From assembly GCA_046563655.1 (NCBI GenBank), contig CM102287.1:2852001-2916000 (forward strand): DNA of 64,000 bases. The letters are read 5' to 3'. Of this stretch, positions 50,305-64,000 are shown piece by piece. A model generated the notes under the pieces. The model worked only from the letters and a program-made list of their open reading frames with translations, did not search any database and was not told where the DNA came from. Source of the DNA: Yuukianura sp. NJ FZ-2021. Lineage: Eukaryota. The translations under genes and the position numbers were made by a program. How positions within the stretch are numbered: the first letter of the stretch is position 1; the number at the start of each line of letters is the position of its first letter.

Positions 50305-53300
50305 ATGCAGCCAGGAACTACTGCTGAGGCATTGCCGAACGAACCAAGAGTGTCACTCGTGTCGGTGGATCCATCGGTACAACTTACGTCAAAAAAACGT
50401 TTTGAGAGTTAGGAGACAAACTAATTGACGTTTTTGTTTTCAGATAAACAATGTAAGTATTAATCAACCAGGAAGGAGCGGACGACCGGGAAGCGAAAAG
50501 GCTCCGCTGCTGTCACAACGAAGACTTTTTAGAAGCCTTGGTGGATTTGCCAATGGATTGGCCAGTCCGTTCGGACTCAGTCCGGAATCAAGTGGAGGTT
50601 ACCAGGAGTTCGGTAACGAATCTGGAAATGACATTACCAATAGCTACCAATCATCAGCGTGCAGCACAACGTCAACAACTGCCAGGACACTGGACACATT
50701 TGCTGGAGTTTTCTGTCCCGTCTCACTCTCCATGTTCAGCGCTCTTCTGTTCCTGCGTGTTGGATTTATCGTCGGGAATGCCGGACTGATTGTAACGCTG
50801 ATCCAGTTTTTAATTGCTTACGCAATTCTAACGTTTACGGTCTTTTCCATCTGTGCAATAAGTACCAACGGAGCAGTCGAAGGGGGCGGAGCTTACTGTA
50901 AGTTTCAAAAACGTTTAAAAAACGTTCACATCTCGAAATTTTTATAATTCAAAACGTTTTTCTCATTCGATTTGGTTTCCTTTGCAGTCATGATAAGCAG
51001 AACGCTTGGACCGGAGTTTGGAGGAGCAATTGGAACGCTGTTTATATTTGCCAATATTGTGAGCAGTGCACTTTATGTGACAGGGTGCGTGGAAGGGATC
51101 GTCGATAACTTTGGAACCGGAGGGTACTACACTGCCGACGGTGGGGGGCTACCACATACAGGATGGTGGAAGTTTCTGTACTGCTCGGGAATCAATTTGC
51201 TGAATCTGGGTGTTTGTCTTATCGGAGCGTCTTTGTTTGCAAAAACTTCTGTCCTTGTCCTTGGAACAGTCGGAGTTTGCCTCCTTACTGTCATTGCAAG
51301 TTACTTCCAGCCAGGAATAATCAAGGTAAACTAAATTCAATTAGTAATTGACAATTGCCAATATATCATTCCAGTTTTCAGTTTCAAATGATTCCAGTTT
51401 TCAGTTTCAGATTTCTGTTTCTTTCGTTTTTCTAGGTTGGAATTCCAGCGGACAATGAGATTGCAACAGTAAAGTTCAACGCGACGGAGTTCAACTTTAC
51501 GGGATTCAGCGGTGAAACTTTCAATAGCAACATCCATAGTCACTACGGTCCAGATTACACGTCCACCAAGGATCCAACGGATGTTGTCAACTTTGCAATT
51601 GTTTTTGGTGTGCTGTTCTCTGGAGTCACTGGAATCATGGCTGGAGCCAACATGTCTGGTAAGTACAACGGACAAGTTTTGAAAATTCTGAAATTTTAGA
51701 ATAACTTTGGAATCAATTTTTCAAAATCTTGTTTTGTTTTTGTTTGGGCAGGAGAACTGAAAAATCCTGGACGAAGTATACCTCGGGGAACTTTATCTGC
51801 AGTTGGATTTACGTTTATGGTGTACGTGACATTGGCTGTTCTGACTACTGCTACTTGCACTACTGAACTGCTGCAGAACAATTACATTTTCATGATGGGC
51901 ATTAACTTCTGGGGTCCATTTGTTACCATCGGAATCCTCACGGCAACTTTTTCAGCGTCTTTGAGCAATCTCATTGGATCTTCCAGAGTTTTAGAGGCCG
52001 TGGCCAAGGATGATATTTTTGGTAAGGAAAAATCAAAATCATGCAAGGAATACAAAATGTTGAAAATTCAAATATGTTGAAATTTTGAAATGTTTAGGAT
52101 CATTTCTACGATTTGTGACCAGAGGAACCACGGAGACTGGAAATCCTGTGATGGCCGTGGTCAGTTGCTTCGTCGTTGTCGAATTGTTTCTTCTGATTGG
52201 TTCCCTCAATGTCATCGCTCAGCTCAACTCCGTTCTGTTTCTACTGTCCTACTTTGCTATGAATCTGGCTTGTCTTGGACTGGAGTTGTCATCTGCCCCG
52301 AATTTTCGGTAAGTGAAAGTGACATTGACATTCCTGTTGACAATTGTCCATTGTCTAGAACTAATTCGAAGACAAACTGTAAACCTTCATATAAAGTTAA
52401 CTTGATTTTGAAATTATTCTAGACCGGCGTTCAAGTATTTTTCTTGGCACACAGCATTTCTCGGAATGATCGGAACCCTCATCATGATGTTTTTAATTAA
52501 TCCAATCTACGCTTCCCTGGCCATCATCGCCTGTCTCGTCCTCGTCATCCTGTTACACGTTTTTACACCGTCGAGAGCCGAAAATTGGGGATCAATTAGC
52601 CAAGCACTCATCTTCCACCAAGTACGCAAGTATCTACTGTTGCTGGACTCTAGAAAAGACCATGTCAAGTTCTGGAGGCCACATATGCTCCTCCTCGTGG
52701 CCAATCCGAGAGCAGCTTGTCCACTCATCGACTTTGTCAACGATATGAAGAAAAGTGGACTCTATGTCCTGGGACACGTTCATGTAAGACGGAAAAATTT
52801 TAAAACTTGAAAAATTCTCAGATTTTCAAAAATTGATTTTTTTTTGCAGACTGGAGATTTTGATACCATGACCACCGATCCGCTGGTGGCGGACTACTCC
52901 AACTGGCTGTCACTCGTCGACCATTTGAAAGTGAAAGCTTTCATTGAACTGACCATTGCTCGGTCAGTGAGAGAAGGAATGCATCACCTCATCAGGATTT
53001 CTGGGCTGGGAGCGATGAGACCCAACACGATTGTGCTTGGTTTCCATGACGACACGTCGCCAGTGGACTTCTTCGGTGGAACTGAATCGTCACCCAATGC
53101 CTATAAAACGGATCGCTTCAAAGACACTTTTCCACTGCGCAACTCCTTCGACAGTCGCCTCACAGTGGAAGAGAACGTGGAAATTATCAAAGACGTTATC
53201 AAAATGAACAAAAACGTTTGTATATGTCGCAACATGCAGCAGTTAGACAAACAAGCGATTATCAAGTAAGTCATTAGCATAATTTTGGCCAATTAAGTTA

Positions 53301-54092
53301 TCGATTACTTTAGTTTGAGTAAAAATTAACTTATGTTAAATATTTTAGGCACAAAAGGATGTTTCTGGACGTTTGGCCAATCAACTTCTTCTCGGGCGAT
53401 CCCAACAGCCTTATGGATCCGACCAGCTTGTTCTTGCTTCAACTTGGATGTATTTTGAACATGGTATATTTTTAATATATTTAAATATATTAAAATATGT
53501 GAAAATATGTTAAAATATATTTAAATCATGTGGAAAGTGCGTTAATTTGTGCTTTTTCTTAGGTTTCTACCTGGAAAGGCCTCACACTTCGAGTATTTTT
53601 GTGTTGTACAGCAACTTCCACCGAGTCTTCGGTAAATCGTGAAGCCGAACTAAGACGAATGCTGCAAATTTTGAGAATCAAGGCCAGGATTGTTGTCGTA
53701 CCGTGGGACACGGTCCTCGCTCGGCAACTTCCGGAAGGATTTCCGGAAGACATGCCGAATGCTACAGAATCCGCTCCGCAGTGGCCTCTACCAACAATCA
53801 AGACAGAGTATCTTCAAGGGTAACTTAAAAACTTAACTAAAAATTCTGAAAAGTTTTAAATTTTTGAAAAATTCTGAATTTTCGAAACTTTTTTTTGGTT
53901 GATTTCAGTGTCAATTGCATGCTGCGAGAGCATTCTGTGAGCACAGCGCTTACTTACGTCTACCTTCCAGAACCGCCGCATAGTGAAGTGGAGTATGGAC
54001 TGTACTTCCAGAAATTGTCGCAACTCACTGATGGATTGGGACCAAGTGTGTATGTCCACGGAATCACTCCAGTGACGTCCACTACAATCTAA
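50305..54092 (+). CDS. SLC12A9: Solute carrier family 12 member 9 (cation-chloride cotransporter family)
   Basis: Motifs [89 protein letters not shown], and terminal [12 protein letters not shown]. Confidence 0.93.
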
Positions 54093-54519
54093 AACCTGAA
54101 CCCAGTAAGATATTTCCACAGCAATTAATAGACTAATAACTTTAGTTTAGGATTTAGATTCCACAACGCTCCATATCGGCACAATTTATTACAACTGTAA
54201 AAAGTAGCAGCTCAGACGAACTGTTTTTTCTACTTTAAAGTATGGAAGTTACAAAATAGTTTTTGGTCCAGTGACATTTGATGGTTGGCTGCATAAGTCC
54301 ATATCCAATTACTTTTTCCTTGTCCAGCAGGATTTTAATGGAGGCGGTTCTGTAAAAATCAGAAAAAAGTAATGTTAACCTATACCAAAGTGATACTTGA
54401 AAGTATTTTTAAGCTACTATACTAATCAAGCATTTCATGATTAATCATAATCAATAATCGAAACTGAAACTAATTTATTAAACTTTGTTGATAGATGATT
54501 GAGGAGTTCGAGTTGTAAA

Positions 54520-54610
54520 AAGCGTAAATTGTAAAACTGTAAATTGTAAAAAGCGTAAAAATGTAAGTCGTAAAAGCGTAAATCGTAAAAACGTAAATTG
54601 TAAATTGTTT
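54520..54610. repeat. Short degenerate tandem repeat (GTAAATTGTAAAAAGC)
   Basis: Several imperfect copies visible. Confidence 0.6.
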
Positions 54611-55160
54611 ACCTTACTTTAGGTTTCACAGGAGAGTGTCTTGTGACAGTGACTGCGATGGTCGTCATGATAGACTTTTGGCTTGGAGAGTCTGATGACT
54701 GATGGGAATTTCTTGAGCTCCTGGTCATAGTAAGCCCGAAGCTGTTCTGCGTCAGTTATGAAGTGAGGTCGTGGGTCAATCAAGTAGTCCAGCCAGTACA
54801 CTGAAGCACGGTCAGGAATGAAGTAGGGATGAACTTTCTTGGGTTTAGCCATCTTAGCCATATGAACCCAATCATATGGCATACTTGACCTCTCTGACCT
54901 TGCGTCAGGCCAGAGCCGTTTGGCCTTTGGCCAACAACGGCTTAGTCACCAAAGATTGTTTGAAATTCTTCAAACTTTTTCTTACTTTTCGGATCTGAAA
55001 TCCGAGAAATTTGGATTCCGATTGCTGCAGAAACCGAAACTGTGGTCGTACTCGTCGGATGTTCAATTTGTTTTCGAACGGTAACGTTTTGTCGTCGTCG
55101 TCACTTCGGTTGCCATGCGAAAAGATTTTGCACTGAATCGCTGCTGATGCTGGATCCTGT

Positions 55161-57267
55161 TTAGGTATGTTGATGGTTTGAGTAGAACATGACATTATTG
55201 GTATTTGTGTTATGGGTGTGACGAGTACTGGAGAATCCGCTGCAAATTCCTGGACCAGAATTTTGGAAATGGTTTTCGAAATTTTGAAAATTGGTGTCGA
55301 CTCTATCGGAGCTATATTGCGAAGATGCTGTTTGAAGTCCAGTATTTCGCTGATTGTAACCGTAATTCTGCTGGGACTGGCTCAGAAAAACCATGTTTGC
55401 GCTGGCGTTGTTGATGTACGCTTCTGGAATTTGAGTTGCTTCATAAACATTTTGAGATGCTGGGAAATTATTTTGCAGCGATTGGACTTCAAACGGAGCA
55501 GGTCCTTCCAGACCATAAGGAATGTTATAGAAGTTGTCTGGAGCGTAGGGGTGTCCAGCGTCCGGTTGGTAAAAATTGTTATAGTCGTCTGGAATCGCTG
55601 AATTGTTAAAGTCGTCTGGAGGAATCGCTGAATTGTTATAGTCGTCTGGAATCGCTGCTTGGAATTGATTTATGTCTGGCCCAAGGTCGTCCATTTGCTT
55701 TGGATCTTGATTATAATGAATTTCCTGCAGTGTATCGCTTACAAAATAGCCGTCGCTTGGATAAGTTCCAGCGATTTGGTCTTCTTGAGGACATGGTATT
55801 GCAGTGTTATACTCAAAAGGTATTTGAGCTTCCAGACCAATCGGTTCCAGCGATTCCAGTGAGTAAGAAGCGTTTTCTGGAAATTGCTGGCGAATTGGTT
55901 CCGAAAGAATGTTGGCAAGTGGATGCTGGCAGTTTTCAGCGACCACCGGATTGGATTGCTTAGGCTTCGGTTTTCTTAGACGTTTCCTAGGAGGAGGAGC
56001 CTCGCTGCCTGGATCAGGATGCTGATTCCTCATGTGCTGTTTCAAATCAGCGTTGGAAGCATATGCTTTGTCACATCCAGTATTTTGACAAACGTATTTC
56101 TTCACTCCAAGATGACGTGCTTCGTGATCCTCCAGTTTGTACTTTCTCGTAAATCCTTTTCCACACAAAGAGCAAATGAAAGGCTTCTGTCCAGTGTGTG
56201 TCCGCAAGTGGAATTCCAATTTATCCTTTCTGGGAAACTTCTTCGGACAAAAAGAACAAGAAAACTTGCCGATGCTGGCAGTATCTCCAGATGATCCATG
56301 CTTCTGGGTAACATGTACCTCCAATGCAGCATCGCTTGAGCAAGAAATGTTACACTGCGGGCAAGTTTTGGCTTCAGAATGCTCTTTTGCCTTGTGATTG
56401 GTCAATTGAATGCTGCGATCAAATACTGCTGGACAGACTGGACATGAATAAACTTCTTTCTTGCTAGGATGTTTTCGTCTTTTGTGTTTTTGAAGGCTCT
56501 GGTGTGACTGGAAGGACAGGTCACATTGGTTGCAAAAGTGACACTTTGATACTGGATGAGCAATACGTTTGTGCTTGTTGAGGAGCTGGAGTGAGTCGAA
56601 TTCGAGCAACGGCAAAACGTTTTTCAACTGACAAAATTCGCAGATAAAACGTTTGTCTTTACAGCCAACCAGGTCAACCTAAAATAGAGAGATAAACATT
56701 GGATTGGATATTGGATCTTCTAAATGATAAATTCACATTCTGGATCTGATGATACTGCTAACCTGGACTTGAGAGTTGCTGGAATTTCGTTTTACACTAA
56801 CTTCATTGACTTTGGGTTGACAAACTTCCAGTTCATTCGGATCTTGCACCATTGTCATCGTCATCTTGCTAACATCTCCACATGGATTGATTTCAATTGA
56901 GTTCTCGACTGGTTGAATATCTTGAGGTACAGTGAGTGTGACATCGGTGTCTACGAAATCAGCGGTCACTTCTGTTTGAGCATTTGAATTTATAAAGTTC
57001 TGGATTGTGCTTAAGAGAAGCTGTAGATGGTTGATGAATTTTTGGAGATTTTCATCCGACAGTGATAGGGATTCTTTCAGCCGATAGTTGTGTACCAGCG
57101 TGTCAAAGATACCCAGTTCTCCAGTCTATAAAAATCAAAACGATAATGGACTAATTTCTAAACGTTTCTGTCTTCACTGCTAACGCTTTGGTAAAAAGTA
57201 CCTTTCGCAAAAATTCAGCTAAACGATGAAAAATGGCTGCCAGTGAAGCTTCCGTGGACGCTGTCAT
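55161..57267 (-). CDS. C2H2 zinc-finger protein
   Basis: Six or more C-x2-C...H-x3-4-H fingers, including CSFCPKKFPRKDKLEFHLRTHTGQKPFIC. Low-complexity N/Q/D-rich C-terminus. Upstream exons at about 57200-57267 and 56735-57126. Confidence 0.85.
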
Positions 57268-59988
57268 GATTAGAAACGAGGATTTAAGCAATACTTAAGG
57301 CAACAAGTGGGGTGGAATGGACCAACTTTAACGCAGTCGAAAATTTTCTAAGTTGCAAGTGTAATAATTAGTTAATTGACTAAAGGTCAACAGGTTAAAC
57401 GCTGAAATTACAAAAATTGAGAAATTATTCAGAACGATAAAAAAAATATAAACAAAATCAGCTGGTACGTCTCAACTTTGAAGTAAATAAAATTTTCAGC
57501 GGCGCGAAAATTCAAATCTGAAAATTGCAAAATTCTTGCAAAAAAAAACTTTTTTTTACTGTCACTTTTTTCCTGAATTTTCGATTGATTCGGAGATTCA
57601 GCTGTCAATTTTTATCTCCGAATTGTGTTAGTTCATCAATTGATTTAATCATTCGGTTGAGTAATTGGAACTTCAATTACTTCAATTGAAACTCTACTAT
57701 ATAGTTGGTAACTACAATCAATCGGTGTGAATCGCCCTTGTGTGCCATACGGACGGACAAACCCAAATCAAGGAGGAGGAGTTTGTTTTGTCTTTTGTCC
57801 ACTTCCCATTATCCTATCAGTGGATTTTGGATTTGAAAAGCTCCAGTGGGTCAAAGGTCAACAACAGTTTGGTAAGCCGTAGAGTTAGTTTTGCTATATG
57901 TTAAAAAGTGTCAATTTGATGTGAAGTAAGCTTAAGCCTGCAAAGAGGTCAAAAAATGTCAATGATGGAACTAGTAAAAGGTCTGAAGAGTGAAAAGCTT
58001 GACCTTTTGAGTATCCCCGACTTGCGGACTTCCTGATTAACGATTCTAATTAACGAACTTAATCTTAATGGTATTTGCGAAAATCGTCAGTTCTTCGTTC
58101 AGGTCAAAGTCCTTGCAGCAAAGCATCATGTTGTGTAGGCGTTTATAAGAACTGACTACATTGTCTAATTTTGGTCATGATTAATCAATGTAAAGTTTAA
58201 TTACAATTAAAGTTAATTCGTAATGTGGGAGAGAAAGGATGTGTCGGCATTCCTCTAACCATGATCAGCCAATTCATACTGAGACAATGCTGACCTTAGA
58301 TTTTCTAATTGCATCCGCTGCTTTTTACTAACTTTTTCTTTAGGATTTTGCAATTTTTACTTTCTTTTCACTAATTTTTTTCGCTTGTTATACTAAAAAC
58401 TCTTTTATTTTCTTTTTACTGTTAGCGTACTAAATAGTACCTAATTTATGTCATATCATTGATCAGAACTTTGATCTCAATGATCAGAAATTGGATCAGT
58501 TACCGGATCATTCTTGTTGTGTAGAGTCCCGTTAAAAAGTTTTGATCAGGGGGCGTTGCATGCCAAGTCTTAGAAACTAATTGTTTTTATTATTCCTTGT
58601 ACTAATTCGAATGTCGATTTTAAATTCCTGGTACGACATGCTACCGCCTTCCTCTCCCCTTTTCCTTGACTAATCGTTTCATTTATTCTAGCACGCGTAA
58701 GCAAAACAGTCAACTTATGTTCGTGAACTCTTTTTCCCACAATTTAATACCAATTTAGAGCAATTGACAAAGTCGTAGGTTAATCAGGCACCCGCATCTC
58801 ATAATTTATTAAACCGGAATAGTAACAGGTTTTTATGACAAGCTGGAATGAAATTGGACTGGAAGTGAAACTGTGCCTTTCTCCGAACTTTCTCCCAGCA
58901 TAACAAAACACCCCTCCTTTCCTATTCTAAACAAGAATTAGAATGGCTTTTCTAAAAATAACTCGATATTCTGAACATGAAAAATGGAATTAAGTCATTG
59001 AATCACCCCATATGCTGGTGGTTTTCTTAAAATAGCTGCCACCACCGCCTCGTTTTTTCTAAAATAGACAATAACAACGAGCATTTTGGAGCATTTTTTG
59101 GAAAGGGATAGGTTGTTACTTATAAAAATTTTACGGGAGTTTACGCTAATTTTTTGTGAAGAAAGTTTCCGTGCATGTCAAAATGACATGAGGCCAAGCC
59201 CAAAGTTACTTTTAAGCTACGGAGCCGCATCGCCTTACAAAACCACTTCCCTACGTCTTCCTCCTGATTTAAAACGGAACGTTACGCACGAGCAACTCTT
59301 TGAGCAACCGGAACTTATTAGTCACAACGTTAAAGTAAAAAGCTCATTAATCAGTTGAAAGTTAAGCAAAATCAAGAGCACAATGTGTTACGTATTTTTG
59401 AAGTGTCAAAATCATTCCTAGGAAAGCGAAAAGTTAACAAAACAAACTCTTTTTTAAACTTTCTCTTGAAATTCTCCACTTTTGCGTTATTTCCCTTTCG
59501 TTGACCTTCTGACCTCTTTGTTTTTGGCTTGTAGTCACTAACATTTTTGCACAGTGGCTCATTTTTTTTGTAACATTTGGCGTCAGCATTCCTGCTTCTT
59601 GACAATCCTTAATTTAATGCTTCATAAGCACGTGGAAAATGCTAAGAAGTGACGATGATCTCATCGTCACCACTCATTCGTCACTTTCCCACACAAATTA
59701 CTCAATTGTTTTCTGTTTATCTTTTTCTGTCCTAGTCATACCCGGATTTCTCTTGGACCACAAGCTCTGGACAAGTAGACTCCTTCCAGAACATCAGAAT
59801 CAGTACATCAGAATCAGAATATCAGAATCGGAACATCAAAATCAGTACATTCATACAAATTCAGAACGTCCAACTTTTTAGTACTGGATGCGAAGAGCTC
59901 AACCGGCAAGAAGTTTACTAGCAGAGGTCAAAGGTCAACTTTAGTTTTGGATTCTGGAATTGCCCAGGACGAGGACGCAAGAACGTGA

Positions 59989-60800
<812 letters not shown>

Positions 60801-61683
60801 ACCAAATGCTCCTCCTGTCTCTTCTAAAACTGTAATTAACTAATCAACCAATTCTGTCTGTCATCTAATAGGTAGTTAAAACTTCAACAACTTTTTGTAA
60901 CGTTATTCACCAAATTAAGGTAGTTTTAGCTATAAGAGTCTCGGATAACTGAATTGTGAACGTAAATGTCTAGAAAGTTAAGTCTTAATTTATTTTTTGT
61001 TGCCAATTGTTAGCGGATAGTTTAATCTTTAGTTGAGATTGAGAAAGCATGTGCATTGTGTTAATTTTTAATTGCTAGACAGGATCATTTAGCCTAAAAA
61101 TTATGCCAATGCTTTTTAAAGTGGAGGTCAAAGGTCAAGTCATGGAAAGCAAAAAACTGGAAGCTCCAAAATAAGTACAATAATTTAGAAGAAAATTCGT
61201 TTGTAAAGGCATTGTTGTTCACACCTTTCTTGTGGAAATGGTTTAGAACTAGGCATAAGCAAAGCTATTAAGTATTAAGAACTGTGAAGTTTTTTGTTTA
61301 GTTGAATGTTAATTATATTATAATTAACTTACGTGAAGTATGATTGACGTTAGCTTAATTAAAAGTTAGCTTAATTAATACGCCAGAAGAAACAAGATGT
61401 CAAACTGAGAACTGAGACGAAACTTTTCACGTAACTTTTTTCCTTTGGATTTTTGAACGGCGTTCTCATGTTTCAATTTTTTTTTCACTTCCACTTTTAT
61501 CTCAGTTTGCGATCAGCTGTGTGTAGCAGTATTGTCGGTCTGCCTGTCCAGTGTCTTCTGTCACGGTTGACATTGCTAAAATTTGTGTTCCCTCACCTCT
61601 GACCTTTCAGTTACTACTCTCAAGAGGACTCAGGTCACTGATAAGAAGTAAGAACAGGAGCACACGCAAGCCGAGCGGCGAAA

Positions 61684-63839
<2,156 letters not shown>

Positions 63840-64000
63840 GTAAAACCAGACTTAAAATTTTACAAATCTATGAAAAACTTGGTGTTAATCAAGGTAAATA
63901 GAATACTACTAGGTAGTGCGAATGGAAAGTTTGTTTGGTTGCCATGTGGATGACGTCACCCGCTGAAAATACCGGAATTCTGCCAATTATTAGTCGTGTC

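Overview
Gene-dense, AT-rich eukaryotic DNA with short GT-AG introns, most likely from an arthropod (a springtail-like hexapod is a guess based on the VMO1 and MATH-BTB content). The left part (1-43.7 kb) holds mostly divergent or lineage-specific genes: a CFAP44 C-terminal homolog, a Cys-rich secreted protein, a nucleoredoxin-like protein lacking CxxC, a GPR161-like GPCR, CPOX, a 17.5-kb tandem array of seven MATH/BTB genes, a VMO1-mucin fusion and a secapin-like peptide. The right part holds housekeeping genes (DDI1/2, B4GALT7, SLC12A9, a C2H2 zinc-finger gene, Ral, MCCC2). Non-coding features include a 1.1-kb near-perfect foldback element, two MITEs and a satellite with higher-order structure. 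The most notable observations are: (1) an intron in three BTB paralogs that looks like a TIR transposon with a target-site duplication (Introner-like intron gain); (2) a MATH-BTBx3 architecture varied across the array; (3) dense RGGTCA motif islands that run into coding sequence. All homology calls come from recalled family motifs, not database searches, and exon boundaries were read by eye.
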